A DNA stretch of 64,000 bases from a virus: positions 26,572-90,571 of the IMG/VR virus record IMGVR_UViG_3300037189_010507; one strand, given 5' to 3'. Position 1 is the first letter of the stretch; every line of letters starts with the position of its first letter. Shown piece after piece: positions 48,801-57,247 of this stretch. The translations under genes and the position numbers were made by a program. Below the pieces are notes generated by a model. That model ran no database searches. It saw only the letters and a program-made list of their open reading frames with translations, and was not told the DNA's origin.

Positions 48801-51187
48801 CCACCACTAAGCATTGGGTCAAGAGTAGGGTCTCCAGATAATGCTCCCCTCACAGTCTTTTGAGACATTACTTCGCTTACTAAAGGAAGAGGAGCAGTTG
48901 TTGTCTTTTGAAGAACGCCTGTCATCTCTCCAAGTTTTTTAGCCATATTTGAGACTGGCCCATCACCACTTGATAATGTTGCAATAAATGTTGCAAATTT
49001 ACCATTGGTATTTACAACAGTATCACCCATAACAGTTATTGGTTTTGTTAATTTAAGAAGACCATCTCTTGCTGCAAGGGATTCAATCGTCATTGTTTTA
49101 AGTCCTGGCAGGAAGCCAAATAAAACTTTTCCAATGCTACCCATTGCCAGTCTAAACTGACCAAATACAAAAATCAACGGACCAATTGCAGCAGTTGCTC
49201 CTGCGCCTATGAGAGCCATTGTGGAAATTAACTTTTTAGTTCTATCATCAAGACTGGACCATTTTTCAATAAGAGTCGTTGAAATGTCTGAAATTTTTTC
49301 TATTGCTGGTTTTATGCTTGTTAGAATGTCGGAAGCAAAGGCTTTAAAGTTATTTTTTAGAATAGAAATTTGTGTATCAAGTGCACTCAAAGACACCTCT
49401 AATTCTCTTTGAGCAACTTCAGAAGCATTAGCCGCTCCAGCAAGTTGGATAAACATTGCTCTGCCAGCTTCTGTTGCTACTGAGCCAATTAAGTCAACTT
49501 GGTCTTCTCTTTGTGCTTTTACAATTTCGTCAGTAACTTTTTTTCTAACTTCTTTTGCAGCATTAATTTGTGATTGAGTTACTTTACCCTGCATTCCTTC
49601 AACATCTTGACCAGCCTGTGCAGTTGCAATTCTTGCAATAATACCAATATCTTTAAAACTTTGAATAACTGGGAGGTTAGCATTTTTGGCTCTATTAGCT
49701 GCAAATACCGCAGTGTTTGCATAGCCTTGCAATCTTTTTTCCGCACTCTCTGTTGCGGGGATAGTTTCATTCTTTAATAATTTGTCAAAAGCTGCTAATT
49801 GAGCAATTGCAACTTCCATTCTTGGACCTTGACGAACGCCAAAAACTTTTGCAAAGAATTCCATTGCGCCTTCTTGACCAGCAGCACTGTCTTTTAATTC
49901 ATTAAAAGAATCAATAAGGCTTTGAATTGCATCAAGACCAGTACCCTTGACTTCTGTAAAACTCGTTCCATACTGCTTTGCTAATGATTTAAACATCTCA
50001 GCATTTTGCTTAGTTGGTGCTGTTAGTCTTTGAAGTGAAACTTTAATTGAGTTAGCAGACGCTCCAACTTCAAAACCAGCAGATTTCATAGGAGCAAGCA
50101 ATGCTGCTGCTTCAGTCATTGATAAGCCGAATGATGTGGCAGCAGCAGCAACTTCTGGGAATGCATCACCAAGATCTTTAAGTGTTAAAGCCGTTACGTT
50201 TTCAACAGAGTTGAATAAGTTTAATTGTGCAGTAGCTGCTTTAATTCCTGCAAGTTCTCTTGCTTCAACTGTTGGAAATAGTCTGCCAGATTGCTGGAAT
50301 GCTCTTTGTGCTTGGAAGTAAAGGCTCTGTACCAGATCTTTAGCATTGCCAATATCCATATTACCAAGCTTTTCTGTCTTGGCTGTTAGTTCTGTAATTT
50401 CTTCAATATTCTTAGTTACTTGAATACCAAGTTCTGCAAAGTCTCCAGCAAGTCCAACTGTTAAGCTTTTTGATACACCATAGGTTCTACTGATCTTAGT
50501 TAAACCTTCATCAAGTCTATTATAATTATTAACTAATTTATTAACACTATCAACTTGTTTCTCTGTTGCGTTATTTAAATCAACACCAATTTTTTTAGCA
50601 GCAGCATCTGCAGTTGGAGCAACTGTTTCAAGAACCTTAGTTAATCTAACAAATTCTCTATCTATTGCGACAAGAGATTGTAAACCAAATCTTGAAAACC
50701 CCATGATCGGTGTTGTAAGACCAATAATAAGGCTTCGACCTACGAACTGAGCGTCTTTACCAAGTCTCTTTTGCTCTTGTGAAAGTGATTTAAGATCCTC
50801 AACTAAAGCGCGAACTCTAATACTCTTTAATGATTCTTCATAAGCTTTTAAATCTCTAACAGCAATTTGTCTAAATTCAGAAGATGCTCCTGACGCAAAT
50901 TTATAAGATGTTCCTAACCCAGAAATTTCTTTTCTTACTCTAGAAAATTCATTAGTAAGAATTGCATTGTTTCTTGCAACTTCAGAAATAGTTTTTGCAT
51001 GATTTTTTAAAGATGAATCTGAGGAACCTATGGCAGATGATAGAGCACGACTTCTTGCTTCAAGGTTTTTAATTGGGTTTGTAGCGCCAACAATAGCCCT
51101 GTTTAATTGATTCATGGCATTGCTTAAGTTGTAGACTTTCTCTACACCTTGAACGGCTATGCCTAATACAATATCTACATCACTCAT
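39896..51187 (-). CDS. giant tape measure protein with internal cargo modules, including an Rpf-like transglycosylase
   Basis: follows the TAC pair; TP901-like core (AG.SIKVSL.RL.AP); amphipathic repeats; PAxLHGGEYVV motif twice. Confidence 0.93.
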   Translation of the reverse strand: MSDVDIVLGIAVQGVEKVYNLSNAMNQLNRAIVGATNPIKNLEARSRALSSAIGSSDSSLKNHAKTISEVARNNAILTNEFSRVRKEISGLGTSYKFASGASSEFRQIAVRDLKAYEESLKSIRVRALVEDLKSLSQEQKRLGKDAQFVGRSLIIGLTTPIMGFSRFGLQSLVAIDREFVRLTKVLETVAPTADAAAKKIGVDLNNATEKQVDSVNKLVNNYNRLDEGLTKISRTYGVSKSLTVGLAGDFAELGIQVTKNIEEITELTAKTEKLGNMDIGNAKDLVQSLYFQAQRAFQQSGRLFPTVEARELAGIKAATAQLNLFNSVENVTALTLKDLGDAFPEVAAAATSFGLSMTEAAALLAPMKSAGFEVGASANSIKVSLQRLTAPTKQNAEMFKSLAKQYGTSFTEVKGTGLDAIQSLIDSFNELKDSAAGQEGAMEFFAKVFGVRQGPRMEVAIAQLAAFDKLLKNETIPATESAEKRLQGYANTAVFAANRAKNANLPVIQSFKDIGIIARIATAQAGQDVEGMQGKVTQSQINAAKEVRKKVTDEIVKAQREDQVDLIGSVATEAGRAMFIQLAGAANASEVAQRELEVSLSALDTQISILKNNFKAFASDILTSIKPAIEKISDISTTLIEKWSSLDDRTKKLISTMALIGAGATAAIGPLIFVFGQFRLAMGSIGKVLFGFLPGLKTMTIESLAARDGLLKLTKPITVMGDTVVNTNGKFATFIATLSSGDGPVSNMAKKLGEMTGVLQKTTTAPLPLVSEVMSQKTVRGALSGDPTLDPMLSGGATPAARLRRLVRTSAGIIDPLDPTARIPSAARKAFAEEEFSMEQMGLRRSGASGTRYNIEQRFGLRGRRTGFRSISAADVGEAINLRQQAFERTGITRTSPSSSLGGGRIMRLGREISEERALSIAGGGIRGRALQAYDTIGARSSSALTSSLSAIKGAPTAAVGMYQKGLLGAKEAQRLLRIETLAFTGTGPGAFARMQASVGGFAKSFGLVNNAIKLTKITLIASGIGIIILSLGVAITLVMKNMDKFKQSGASGFATIKKVLGTLKTTFESLIRPIVDLFSSFGSGADGAEGAIGGLGSAFNGLTKILEFVANVFKFLVENIIQPYLYGIVNLVKFVVNIFQGKWGDALKALAAAFANVFGGVVKLGITIMSFLVKQIINLIFEIPTAFMKAWAWGIEQATDLFFGFVEWVLGQVKRIPILGRFLGAAGGAVLGGLKNARDAYVGTVRTVANAVNSAGDTLKRGIDSGVEKAKGAVDKLAKGGVKKSKGKLDLFGGKDENSVDVDADDAQETIANQSGQGFEDGAEDGAKRIAAVLKGLKKELQQEIADRIKDTMQGVVESIQDVLKNQKESALAIYDEQIKKIEDVAKAEGRLTKEQEYQNKLREAEAERSLNRINSRRSYAMAVYAGNIDEARNIADQAARQETQDTEKINDINQDRAKEVAEQNRADLIDSIKLAKQEASKYFDDMIKSFTDAAKKITEFPPTTAEEFNTMLNQLIEGGNGFIGARAIANSMGTVFSDSFGGALSQIGVNASGPLTSSLEAIGRVLTENNPFGVNGVWNKTIDASINALTRKYQGLTNTLTTVIDTKSESFKKLFEIYKKYQSLVDTGDSTGGAGTNADTSGATGPGLGGATGGRALTRQESIALGTGLYNAGMRAGSSTPVTATPTDAVSLRTAIITAGRRAYPQSDQGVLLSKTLGYFLPRRTNENVSIRDLDIMFKNTNDSWNRSGTVANKARMVARMVLDKTKYLLNDSTYNLTPSSYYKGGIPYAMGGSTKGPVQQGIPAILHGGEYVVRNSAVKKYGWGMMQQINQGTYKPKPYAVGGIVPKGARRFDEKEFNDPAYKEWVWQQKHGGLSSSYMNAIGFAETGDAWKGIGPKWRNRVKTKDGWMGGGLAIEDGAWDDYGGTHFAKTANLATALQQMVVKNRMAVFGWIKKYAVGNKNFPAGATAYNPPLGTGGHSFMRGQKMSGKDKIPLPEHFNQELSVLSQMSKTPKSFGSANNAFINRQARDAYLRYFTKKPTELNKITMPFSQNSVWVMGKGTGAVRVPDPKGFDNFNTNFDSYAIGGLVKGKKKLSSAADFRKADQEGIYKYNYQAMMDQTSARIKAMKESGYNVANQRKVLNPFSDLAYKPENAKVSLWDKTLGKVVTGVANTAKIGVSSFLAGVSFAPEFAVALGSTLLGKAGIGESQAKGSLFNQLIASPFMQTSLGQTLKAAKEMVTTGKDYRELMGLDRGPFGLAGFIPMSASERAMKEASQNRSILGKGTILSPGGLLAYYGLDKTGIAKEGSGAYMATNMGGDMLALLALDPVVGISGIKSGLSKFKTGSQSGFKTTSQLFTKAGRETLADAYWAKKANFFNKNPKLYKQYKELQDLKKVILMRKTRGMRPSSRGLLEDMSYPEYFYHQKAMKVQSLLNRDADLARRGEFMPNWGDLYGGNKVRRFFGNAYEAGLNLDTQEFSLPRSIYKTMLNPYYNLRNKINAKYPTAVKIGNEITDIKRLIKNPKSTPKKFYREADGGPFGIEYKSKTAEYFGERLGKPKSLRDDSVLGDIGNAFGLNFPELKKAYSELGISIKEKTFDLASSLIPFKRNIRGSFGTGNRIANPTPENLAILNEINQQQRIKFIRDSRIASIKDRIEKSRTGYYSGFKMSNLSSEFDVFPLNVRQQLYEMLKKGNLEKLQRNFSENMAIGVNFESYSANPADGIGNYLITVMRRATKQSDAKYLGLHEMDFIPENALFPSASFNFSVLNGGTGGGRNLNIGGIFSLADFNQTDVSKLLAFVYMNIIKKHNVTTVTNGSYSKYSYALSDRLSAMMEFLDPSVQVMTPPLSSWRPNNIEFPEMITGGKLFQTELDREIFLNNFNRIKDILAKAKVKAGEKSLLQASKEAKKAGRVPKSADEWQQAYEDYSANARNMRDMQWMATMAASSTGIDQNAFNLLSWPFQHFLQSPAGAIFMRTMRTVRNESLSPQSVLPPPIPSRIIDRIPLDEVFNGGLIRGYETGGLVKGQKNTKTPSAAGFRMADYIPDFDIQTITYNATQDVKKKKKGLWGKFTSAVTSPFRAVKNRLQKEMFGAMYGRGTGTSGSYADTFKGFTEATNDASLFNITGDSNKELPVGSIFRNRALLKASNALRVGMDFTPSGGVMAAYNAADKNRSGLSRLGWLLSSFGSMAGNTTIFAPNSGYMSGAGKGIKGVSNLQKTIQEASNVEQFFPGTGIPMPAGLRPTLSQETGRILNLIGARASGSGDVLRRETFPDSADSHHVWRLSRKIGEVKDGYFDILSDRSRSSEIRNMAREMYYKTPRLASSAFRAASFPIEDFWRIARSSGRNFSDEQIENALSLANIRGHRYSSPTHPDLYGYSDLDRFMDALYTGRVVNRKLPTDMYKYTTYINQRKIKAEMRDRVLKNIDISKSIRMARMAGVLSSREELKALTDKMILNVNISGSRGTNYDITTWQPLSDGSFGNTSNFQFSIDPRAGSLDVGILQRGNSIGSAVDVMKMLSYVYSDIMLPNNIDAINPGSTSVHSEALVIKLKEVFEKLDPRIRFISWYGEHYPTSLNDIDFYPGPHLARYSGSRISELNPENVFKDLGVRRRTHLMLRRIMENARGVTGESKSDIRDRIGGYANGGFVNAFASQGVPAMLHGGEYVVNSNAVKNLGIAALQAINDMRFNTPKSPSYAGPVQPQTSSTSTVHIYVDNFIGEKQWFESMMKDYNINVAPQNQKAAGLNNTTISTYRGINRGL

Positions 51188-51204
51188 CAATTAGTACCTA
51201 TCAA

Positions 51205-51233
51205 ATTATCCCATTTTACAGTAAAAAATGCAA
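51205..51233 (-). promoter_or_regulatory. sigmaA-like promoter upstream of the TMP gene
   Basis: TTGCAT-17 nt-GATAAT with a TGn extension. Confidence 0.55.
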
Positions 51234-51238
51234 TAAAA

Positions 51239-51577
51239 TTATTGAGAGAATTCAAAGCCAAGACCGATTGGAATATCAACAATATTGTCTTTAGTAATTG
51301 AATTATCATCTACAGGATTCTGGTCATACCAATCATCATCAAAATCAACCTCTCCACCAAATGCAACAGCAGATGCTTTAATTGTCTTTGAATATTCATT
51401 ACCGCATGCACGATATAAAAGGAAAAGTTCATGTAGGAGCAAGGAGTCTTCTAATTCTTCTAGATTCTTCCAAGCCCCTATCTGAACAAAAACTTCTGAT
51501 TCATACTTCAGTAAGGGAAGATCATCCCATGCGATTGGCTCACCAGAACCTGCTGACCCTCCCTCTACAGGTTTGGG
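51239..51577 (-). CDS. frameshift extension of the tail assembly chaperone (gpGT-like)
   Basis: the -1 frame is open from the slippery site through PVEGG...WKNLEELEDSLLLHEL into track ORF 51239..51442. Confidence 0.85.
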   Translation of the reverse strand, partial: PKPVEGGSAGSGEPIAWDDLPLLKYESEVFVQIGAWKNLEELEDSLLLHELFLLYRACGNEYSKTIKASAVAFGGEVDFDDDWYDQNPVDDNSITKDNIVDIPIGLGFEFSQ

Positions 51578-51876
51578 TCGCCACCCATAGCGACTGCCAT
51601 GAGTTCTTGGAATGAACGAAGATCAAGTGCGTCTTCCAATGCATCTTCATCAGCAGCCAACTCTGGGTCTACCTTCTTAAGAGCAATCTTTGCCGCAGCA
51701 ACCATCTTGTCAATGTCCTCATCGGTCATTGCACCTTCATCTGTTGCTTTCATATCATTTGCAACCTTCATGAATTCTCTGAGTGAACGGATTGTGAGGG
51801 GCTTAATTGTTCGCACCTTGCCATCAGCAAACACGATATCTGTTCCCTTGTACATATCCACATTCTTATTAGCCAT
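51565..51876 (-). CDS. tail assembly chaperone (gpG-like)
   Basis: between major tail protein and TMP; IKPLTIRSLREFM; start refined to MANKNV. Confidence 0.88.
   Translation of the reverse strand: MANKNVDMYKGTDIVFADGKVRTIKPLTIRSLREFMKVANDMKATDEGAMTDEDIDKMVAAAKIALKKVDPELAADEDALEDALDLRSFQELMAVAMGGDPNL
51571..51577 (-). promoter_or_regulatory. -1 programmed frameshift slippery heptamer C CCA AAC
   Basis: XXXYYYZ heptamer in the correct frame, one codon before the TAC stop. Confidence 0.85.
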
Positions 51877-51974
51877 TTTAAATGAACCATCCTTTTGTCT
51901 ATAAATAGGGAAAATCCCCTGTGCAATATAATACCACACAGAGGATTGACCCAAGTACTAAAGATTAGTGTTTT

Positions 51975-52568
51975 TTATGTCTGATCGATGATCTTACCGT
52001 ATTCGTAACCAGTATCGTCAGATGCTGGAAGTACACGGAATGAAACTGCAAAGACGGATGCCTCTGCTCTCTTCATGCTGATTGTTGATGATTCCATTGA
52101 GATTGCTCTCTTTGTTCTGAACTTACGTGTCTTCGTTGTTGATGCGTCAGAGCCAGGTGCATTACCTTCAATCTGAACAGCCTTCTCGAATGGGTACACG
52201 CTCTGTCCACCAAACTTGAATGTTCTAGTGCTTGCACCGTCAAGTGTGTTAACGATGTCTGCTCCCTCAGAATCACTGTTTGCGATTGTAGTGTTGTAGC
52301 TCCATGCGATTGCAAGGTTTCTCAAAGTGCCTTCGGCCATGGTTGTCTTAACCATAACCTTAACTCTTGACTGAATAACCTTAGCAGCGTCACCGAATTG
52401 GTCGACTTCAATATCAACCATATCTGGCTGCCAAGAAATTTCTACACCACCTTGGGTGTAGCCAACATCAGTAAGAGCGTCAAAGTCGGTTCCTGTCATT
52501 GTCAAGTTGGAAGCACCAACTTTAACAACTGCTTCACCGACCACAATATTTGCTGCGTTTGTTGCCAT
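51975..52568 (-). CDS. major tail (tube) protein
   Basis: NIVVG, DVGYTQGGV, VDQ and T.MAE.TL.NL motifs; AGGAG SD; highly biased codons. Confidence 0.88.
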   Translation of the reverse strand: MATNAANIVVGEAVVKVGASNLTMTGTDFDALTDVGYTQGGVEISWQPDMVDIEVDQFGDAAKVIQSRVKVMVKTTMAEGTLRNLAIAWSYNTTIANSDSEGADIVNTLDGASTRTFKFGGQSVYPFEKAVQIEGNAPGSDASTTKTRKFRTKRAISMESSTISMKRAEASVFAVSFRVLPASDDTGYEYGKIIDQT

Positions 52569-52582
52569 TTTTTTCTCCTAAA

Positions 52583-52777
52583 TTATTCGAGGAAGAAAAT
52601 TTTCTTTCCTCTTTTATCACGCCATTTAGCGATCTTTTTTACATGGTCTGGGTGAACCTCATCCCCTTTTCTACCAATTCCCAAGCCTTTCTGCCATTCA
52701 AACTCGTAGGATTTAGCACCCATTCTGACGGTATAACCTTCAGTTTTGCCTATGTATGTAATAGTAGTATACTTCAT
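52583..52777 (-). CDS. small hypothetical protein in the tail operon
   Basis: own TGG-TATGCT element 8 nt before the ATG. Confidence 0.7.
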   Translation of the reverse strand: MKYTTITYIGKTEGYTVRMGAKSYEFEWQKGLGIGRKGDEVHPDHVKKIAKWRDKRGKKIFFLE

Positions 52778-52797
52778 ATCTTATTAGCATACCATAG

Positions 52798-53217
52798 TTA
52801 TGCGTAAGAAGTTGAATATATCCTAAAATCTAAGTCCATTTGATACCAGCCCTCTTTTTCTAAAGGTTCTAAAATTGAAGAACCTACAAAGATTGCAGAC
52901 TTGAATCTATGGTTTACACTCTCAATTCCACCAGATTGAGAAACAGTATCTCCTCTGCCAAGTAGATAGATAAATCTTTCTGCTATTTTAAATAGTCTAT
53001 CAGCATCACTATCATAAATTGAGTATCTGATATTGTCGTATCTATTCCAAAAAGCCTCAACTGATGGAATTGATGGGTAGAAATAGTAAACAACAAAAGG
53101 AGGAGACTCTGTTCCATAACCAATTACAGGGAAAAAATTCATTGTTTTACCAGCAATTGATTGAAGAGTTGCATCTTCTTTTAAGAAAGTATTTACATCG
53201 TATACGCTAACTGTCAT
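52798..53217 (-). CDS. tail terminator protein
   Basis: size, synteny and PPFVVY motif. Confidence 0.7.
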   Translation of the reverse strand: MTVSVYDVNTFLKEDATLQSIAGKTMNFFPVIGYGTESPPFVVYYFYPSIPSVEAFWNRYDNIRYSIYDSDADRLFKIAERFIYLLGRGDTVSQSGGIESVNHRFKSAIFVGSSILEPLEKEGWYQMDLDFRIYSTSYA

Positions 53218-53765
53218 TATTGTCCCACCCTTGATCTAACATATGGTAAATCAGTAAGACCTGAGGTACCGCCTAATGGACCAAAGCCAAATCTTTTAAC
53301 AGCAAACTCAAGATTTTGAATAATAATATTACGAGCTTCTGTTTTAATCTCATCACTATGACCTTTTGAATAGGGGATAGAAGCGATTCTTAAAACCCTA
53401 GGATATGGAGGAACTGATGCATCTCTCAATACCATCAGATTCCCCCTCTTCCCTCTTACAGTATAGGCTTTTCTTCCCTTCAATAATATAGAAGCTGCAA
53501 TATATGCGTCTGCGCCATTGCTTGTTTTTTCATTTTTCATTGGTGTTATTGTCAGGCTATAACCCAAAGAACCCCTTGTAGAAATTACAAAATCTAAATA
53601 TCTAGACGCAGGAAATCTATTGTAGAGTTTTTGACCTAGATTATTAGATGTTCTATAAAGAGCAGATTGTTGTGCCGATGCAATCCTATTAGGAAAGGTA
53701 TCAATTTTATTCATCAACGCTTCCATTTGCCTAGTTGCGTTAGAGTTAATATTCATCTTAAGCAT
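53217..53765 (-). CDS. neck/tail completion protein (HK97 gp10-like position)
   Basis: basic protein; synteny. Confidence 0.55.
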   Translation of the reverse strand: MLKMNINSNATRQMEALMNKIDTFPNRIASAQQSALYRTSNNLGQKLYNRFPASRYLDFVISTRGSLGYSLTITPMKNEKTSNGADAYIAASILLKGRKAYTVRGKRGNLMVLRDASVPPYPRVLRIASIPYSKGHSDEIKTEARNIIIQNLEFAVKRFGFGPLGGTSGLTDLPYVRSRVGQ

Positions 53766-54132
53766 TTTCTACCACTCTTCTGGTAACGATCAAAAGATGG
53801 TGCAACGCACCTTTAAACCCCATATATTTACGAATGCTGATAATTTCTAATGGTCCAACTTCAAGTACATTACCATATCTATCTCTAACATTTTGAATTC
53901 TATTATTATAAGTTATGTACTGAGCATCTTGATGAGATATGTAAAATTCGTATTCATCAATATTGTCAACATAAGGCTCAATTCTTCTTTCGCTTCTTTT
54001 TGCTTGGAATACGGCGGGAACAGTCGCTGACTTTGCAAATGCGATTGTCCTCTGACCTGCACTATTTGTTGATGTTGTTCTTTCATAAACATCTACTTTA
54101 TGAACAAATCTTAAATATGTTTTTGCACTCAT
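53758..54132 (-). CDS. head-to-tail stopper
   Basis: synteny; beta-rich 124 aa. Confidence 0.65.
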   Translation of the reverse strand: MSAKTYLRFVHKVDVYERTTSTNSAGQRTIAFAKSATVPAVFQAKRSERRIEPYVDNIDEYEFYISHQDAQYITYNNRIQNVRDRYGNVLEVGPLEIISIRKYMGFKGALHHLLIVTRRVVENA

Positions 54133-55043
54133 TAGACAATATAATCCATCACAAAAAGCGTATAGTCCATTAAAAGAACATCTGCTTCAATATTGCCAGT
54201 AGTTTCATAGAATGTATCTTTCATATAAACAGTAAGAGCATCCATCTCAACTCTAGTCATTCCATGCGCTCTATATTCATAATCGTTATTCATAATGTCA
54301 GCAATAAGAATGTCACAAGCCTGTTTAACATTTTCAGGAACAAATCTCCAACCAAAATCTCCAGAAATCTTATACGTCAAATCTGGATCCCATCTTCCTA
54401 ATACAAAAATTTCTTCTGGTTCAGATGTTTTCTTAAATCTAATGTTATAAGTGGTGTCAAAGTTGAATGGTTGCCTAATCTTCTCTACCCTGTCGACAGT
54501 CTCGCTAAGGAGTATGAATTCATCATCTTCGCCCGGCTCTTGGATAACACTTCTTAAAGTCGTTACAGGGATTGGCAATCTTAATGACGAATAATTATTT
54601 CCATTAATGGTCATTGTCTTGTTTGGGTAGAAGTCAAAAGACTGACCACAGTATGTGTCAACTGCGTTTCTAACCCTCTTGGCAATTGACTCAAACTTAT
54701 TACCAAATTCATCATCCAATTCAGGGTGATTGTCAAAGAATTCAGCAGAAGTGATATAAGGAGTAAAGACATTTATATATTTTGATTGGGTATACTGAGT
54801 CCCAGAAACGGTATATGTGAAATCAGCCCTGTGTCGTCCTGCTGAATTTAAAATATAGATACCAGAGGCTTGTTGCCCATATGTAATTGTATAAGTTCCT
54901 GTGCCCGTTCTGGTGGCGCTGCTTGGACCTGAGACCAGATCGCCAAGTTCATGATAAAGGGATACAGAAACCAGATTTGAGGTTGGGTCAGAAGGTAATG
55001 TCAAAGTTAGCGTTTTTGATGTGTTTATCTTAACTTCTTCCAT
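54132..55043 (-). CDS. head-to-tail adaptor with N-terminal Ig-like domain
   Basis: VDTYCGQSF, G.FGW..VPENVKQA and TGNIEADVLL.DY. Confidence 0.75.
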   Translation of the reverse strand: MEEVKINTSKTLTLTLPSDPTSNLVSVSLYHELGDLVSGPSSATRTGTGTYTITYGQQASGIYILNSAGRHRADFTYTVSGTQYTQSKYINVFTPYITSAEFFDNHPELDDEFGNKFESIAKRVRNAVDTYCGQSFDFYPNKTMTINGNNYSSLRLPIPVTTLRSVIQEPGEDDEFILLSETVDRVEKIRQPFNFDTTYNIRFKKTSEPEEIFVLGRWDPDLTYKISGDFGWRFVPENVKQACDILIADIMNNDYEYRAHGMTRVEMDALTVYMKDTFYETTGNIEADVLLMDYTLFVMDYIV

Positions 55044-55058
55044 AATACCTCTATTTTA

Positions 55059-56177
55059 TCAGAAATCAGGATTTATAGATAATTCTAATCTATCCAAAAG
55101 TTCTATTTGCTTCTTAATAAAATTAATTTTAATTTTAGCAAAAATCTTCAAGCCATCCAATGTTGCATTGGATAAGATATATGCCAATAAATTATCCGAA
55201 TTTGAAACGCTCTTATCCATATTTTCAGGAACAAATGGTGTAACAAAGTCTTCCAAATCTTTTTGTATTCTAGTTCTGTCTTCTTCAATAATTGAACCAG
55301 CATCCCATGCCGTTGGATACAATGATAAAAGTGCAGAAAGAGTGCCATAAGATGAATTCTTTTTAATAAACATTTTCAATTCTTCACTATTTGACTCGAC
55401 ACCTTCTGGTCTTTGTCTTGCATTTGTATTTCCTTTAAGATACTCAAAGATTTGCATATCAACTTGATTAGATACATAAGAATTATCAAAATAAATTTGT
55501 TCTAAGAAATTTTTAGAATCTAGTGCCATCTCTTGTGTATTATTGAATGGAGATTCTGTAACTACAGACCATTCAACCAACTGTTTAAACACTTCCGATA
55601 GAGTTCTTCCATAAAAAGGAATTGGATTACCATTAATAAAATACTCTTCAATCTCTTCTGGGATGATTACATGGGCGTATACTAGATGCCCAATAGAGTT
55701 AATAGACATAATTGGTTCATACACAACAATCTGATCTAAGGTCTTTAGCATTGGTTCACTCATATCTAAACCGACATTGTATCCAAGAGGACCATATTTA
55801 GCATTATCACATCTCCAATCCAGCCCATCCAAAGCCATTGGAATAGAATTCATGAAAACAAAAAAACCTTCAGTACTATCTGTTGGTTTATCATAGTACG
55901 ACCAAATTCTTTCAAATGGTTGCATTGGAACAATTTCAGAAATATTGCCATCTGTTGCAACTAGATTATATATGTTGGAGTATTTAAATGGATCTGGAAA
56001 AGCCAGAAGAACCTTTTTATCATTCATTTCAAAAAGATCAAAATCATAAAAAGCAGATGTAGCGCTAACCTCTTGACAATAAAGCATAAAGTCTTCAATA
56101 TCAGAATTAAGATGTTGTAAAATATAAAACATCTTATAATTTCTAATTAATTCGGGTGTAAATTTTTCTATTTGCAT
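55059..56177 (-). CDS. hypothetical acidic protein
   Basis: 372-aa ORF with its own TGA-TAAAAT element. Confidence 0.8.
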   Translation of the reverse strand: MQIEKFTPELIRNYKMFYILQHLNSDIEDFMLYCQEVSATSAFYDFDLFEMNDKKVLLAFPDPFKYSNIYNLVATDGNISEIVPMQPFERIWSYYDKPTDSTEGFFVFMNSIPMALDGLDWRCDNAKYGPLGYNVGLDMSEPMLKTLDQIVVYEPIMSINSIGHLVYAHVIIPEEIEEYFINGNPIPFYGRTLSEVFKQLVEWSVVTESPFNNTQEMALDSKNFLEQIYFDNSYVSNQVDMQIFEYLKGNTNARQRPEGVESNSEELKMFIKKNSSYGTLSALLSLYPTAWDAGSIIEEDRTRIQKDLEDFVTPFVPENMDKSVSNSDNLLAYILSNATLDGLKIFAKIKINFIKKQIELLDRLELSINPDF

Positions 56178-56200
56178 ATTCCTACCATTTTATCATTCTA

Positions 56201-57247
56201 TTAAACAACTGGTGCCCAATACTTAAATGAAACCATACCAGCTGTTCCTACACCATTTATTGAATCTCCACCAGAACCATAACCACTTGGAGTAACTGAT
56301 GTTCCTGACCCTTGTGTACCATAACCACGACCACCTTCTCCTCCATAATACCCATAATGAGTTGCTCCAGTACGACCATTTCCGCCATAAATAGTCATAC
56401 CACCATCGCCTGTTATTCCATAGCCATTCCCTTCCCAAGATGCTCCACCTCCTGAACCCCATGAAGAGCAGTCTTCATACGAACCTTGTTTTCCGAAGTT
56501 AATTCCACAACCTCTTGCTCCACCATTATATGCAAGATCTCCAGAACCCATATTTCCACCAGGATTAGAGCTTGCACCAGTACCAGCAAGTCCTGCTCCA
56601 CCACCACCCGCTGTCAGTGTTGTTATACCAGAGCCGCTTATAGTTGAAGAACCTCCTGCTGTTTGTGCTGCTCCACCACCACCTACTGCCGTATTGATTG
56701 TTAACGATGTTGCACTGTTTAATGCAAAGGTGTCTTTTTTAACATATCCTCCAGCTCCACCACCTGCGTAACCTCCTCCACCTCCACCACCAGCAATAAA
56801 TACTTCATAAATTGTTGGGATAATTGCACTTGAACCTGTTGGTGTTATTGTTTGCAAGGTTACTGAACCAGAGCCTGAGCTAAGCAGCTCATATGTGTAT
56901 CTCTTCCATGTTGTGAATGTTGTATTTGAACTCGTAGATGTGCCTGCTGAATTTGTAGCAACCGCTCTTACATAATAGAATGTTCCAGTTGATGTATTTT
57001 CTGTTAAACCCGTTTGATTTGAATATACACTTTGACTTGTGCCAGTTAATCCTGTTATTGTTGCGCCATCAGTCCAATTTGAGTTATCTGTACTATATTG
57101 AAACTTAACGCTTGTTGTAGCGCCATTTGGATTTACAGTTGCATTAAATGTTGCTCTATTTTGATTAAAATTGGTAGTGCTATTTATTGTTATTGTCGGT
57201 GCTGATGCTTGTGGAGCACTACTTGCTACAATGCCTAAGTGCCTCAT
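56201..57247 (-). CDS. virion fibre/adhesin: FN3-like plus glycine-rich domain
   Basis: ATFNATVNPNG...YYVRAVATNSAG; IAGGGGGG...GGGAGG repeats. Confidence 0.75.
   Translation of the reverse strand: MRHLGIVASSAPQASAPTITINSTTNFNQNRATFNATVNPNGATTSVKFQYSTDNSNWTDGATITGLTGTSQSVYSNQTGLTENTSTGTFYYVRAVATNSAGTSTSSNTTFTTWKRYTYELLSSGSGSVTLQTITPTGSSAIIPTIYEVFIAGGGGGGGYAGGGAGGYVKKDTFALNSATSLTINTAVGGGGAAQTAGGSSTISGSGITTLTAGGGGAGLAGTGASSNPGGNMGSGDLAYNGGARGCGINFGKQGSYEDCSSWGSGGGASWEGNGYGITGDGGMTIYGGNGRTGATHYGYYGGEGGRGYGTQGSGTSVTPSGYGSGGDSINGVGTAGMVSFKYWAPVV

Noticed and set aside
41556-50321. Numerous plus-strand ORFs (60-150 aa) opposite the TMP, and similar ones opposite dnaE and the fibre genes
   Set aside because: Antisense shadows of Ala/Gly/Thr-rich coding sequence, with no initiation signals.
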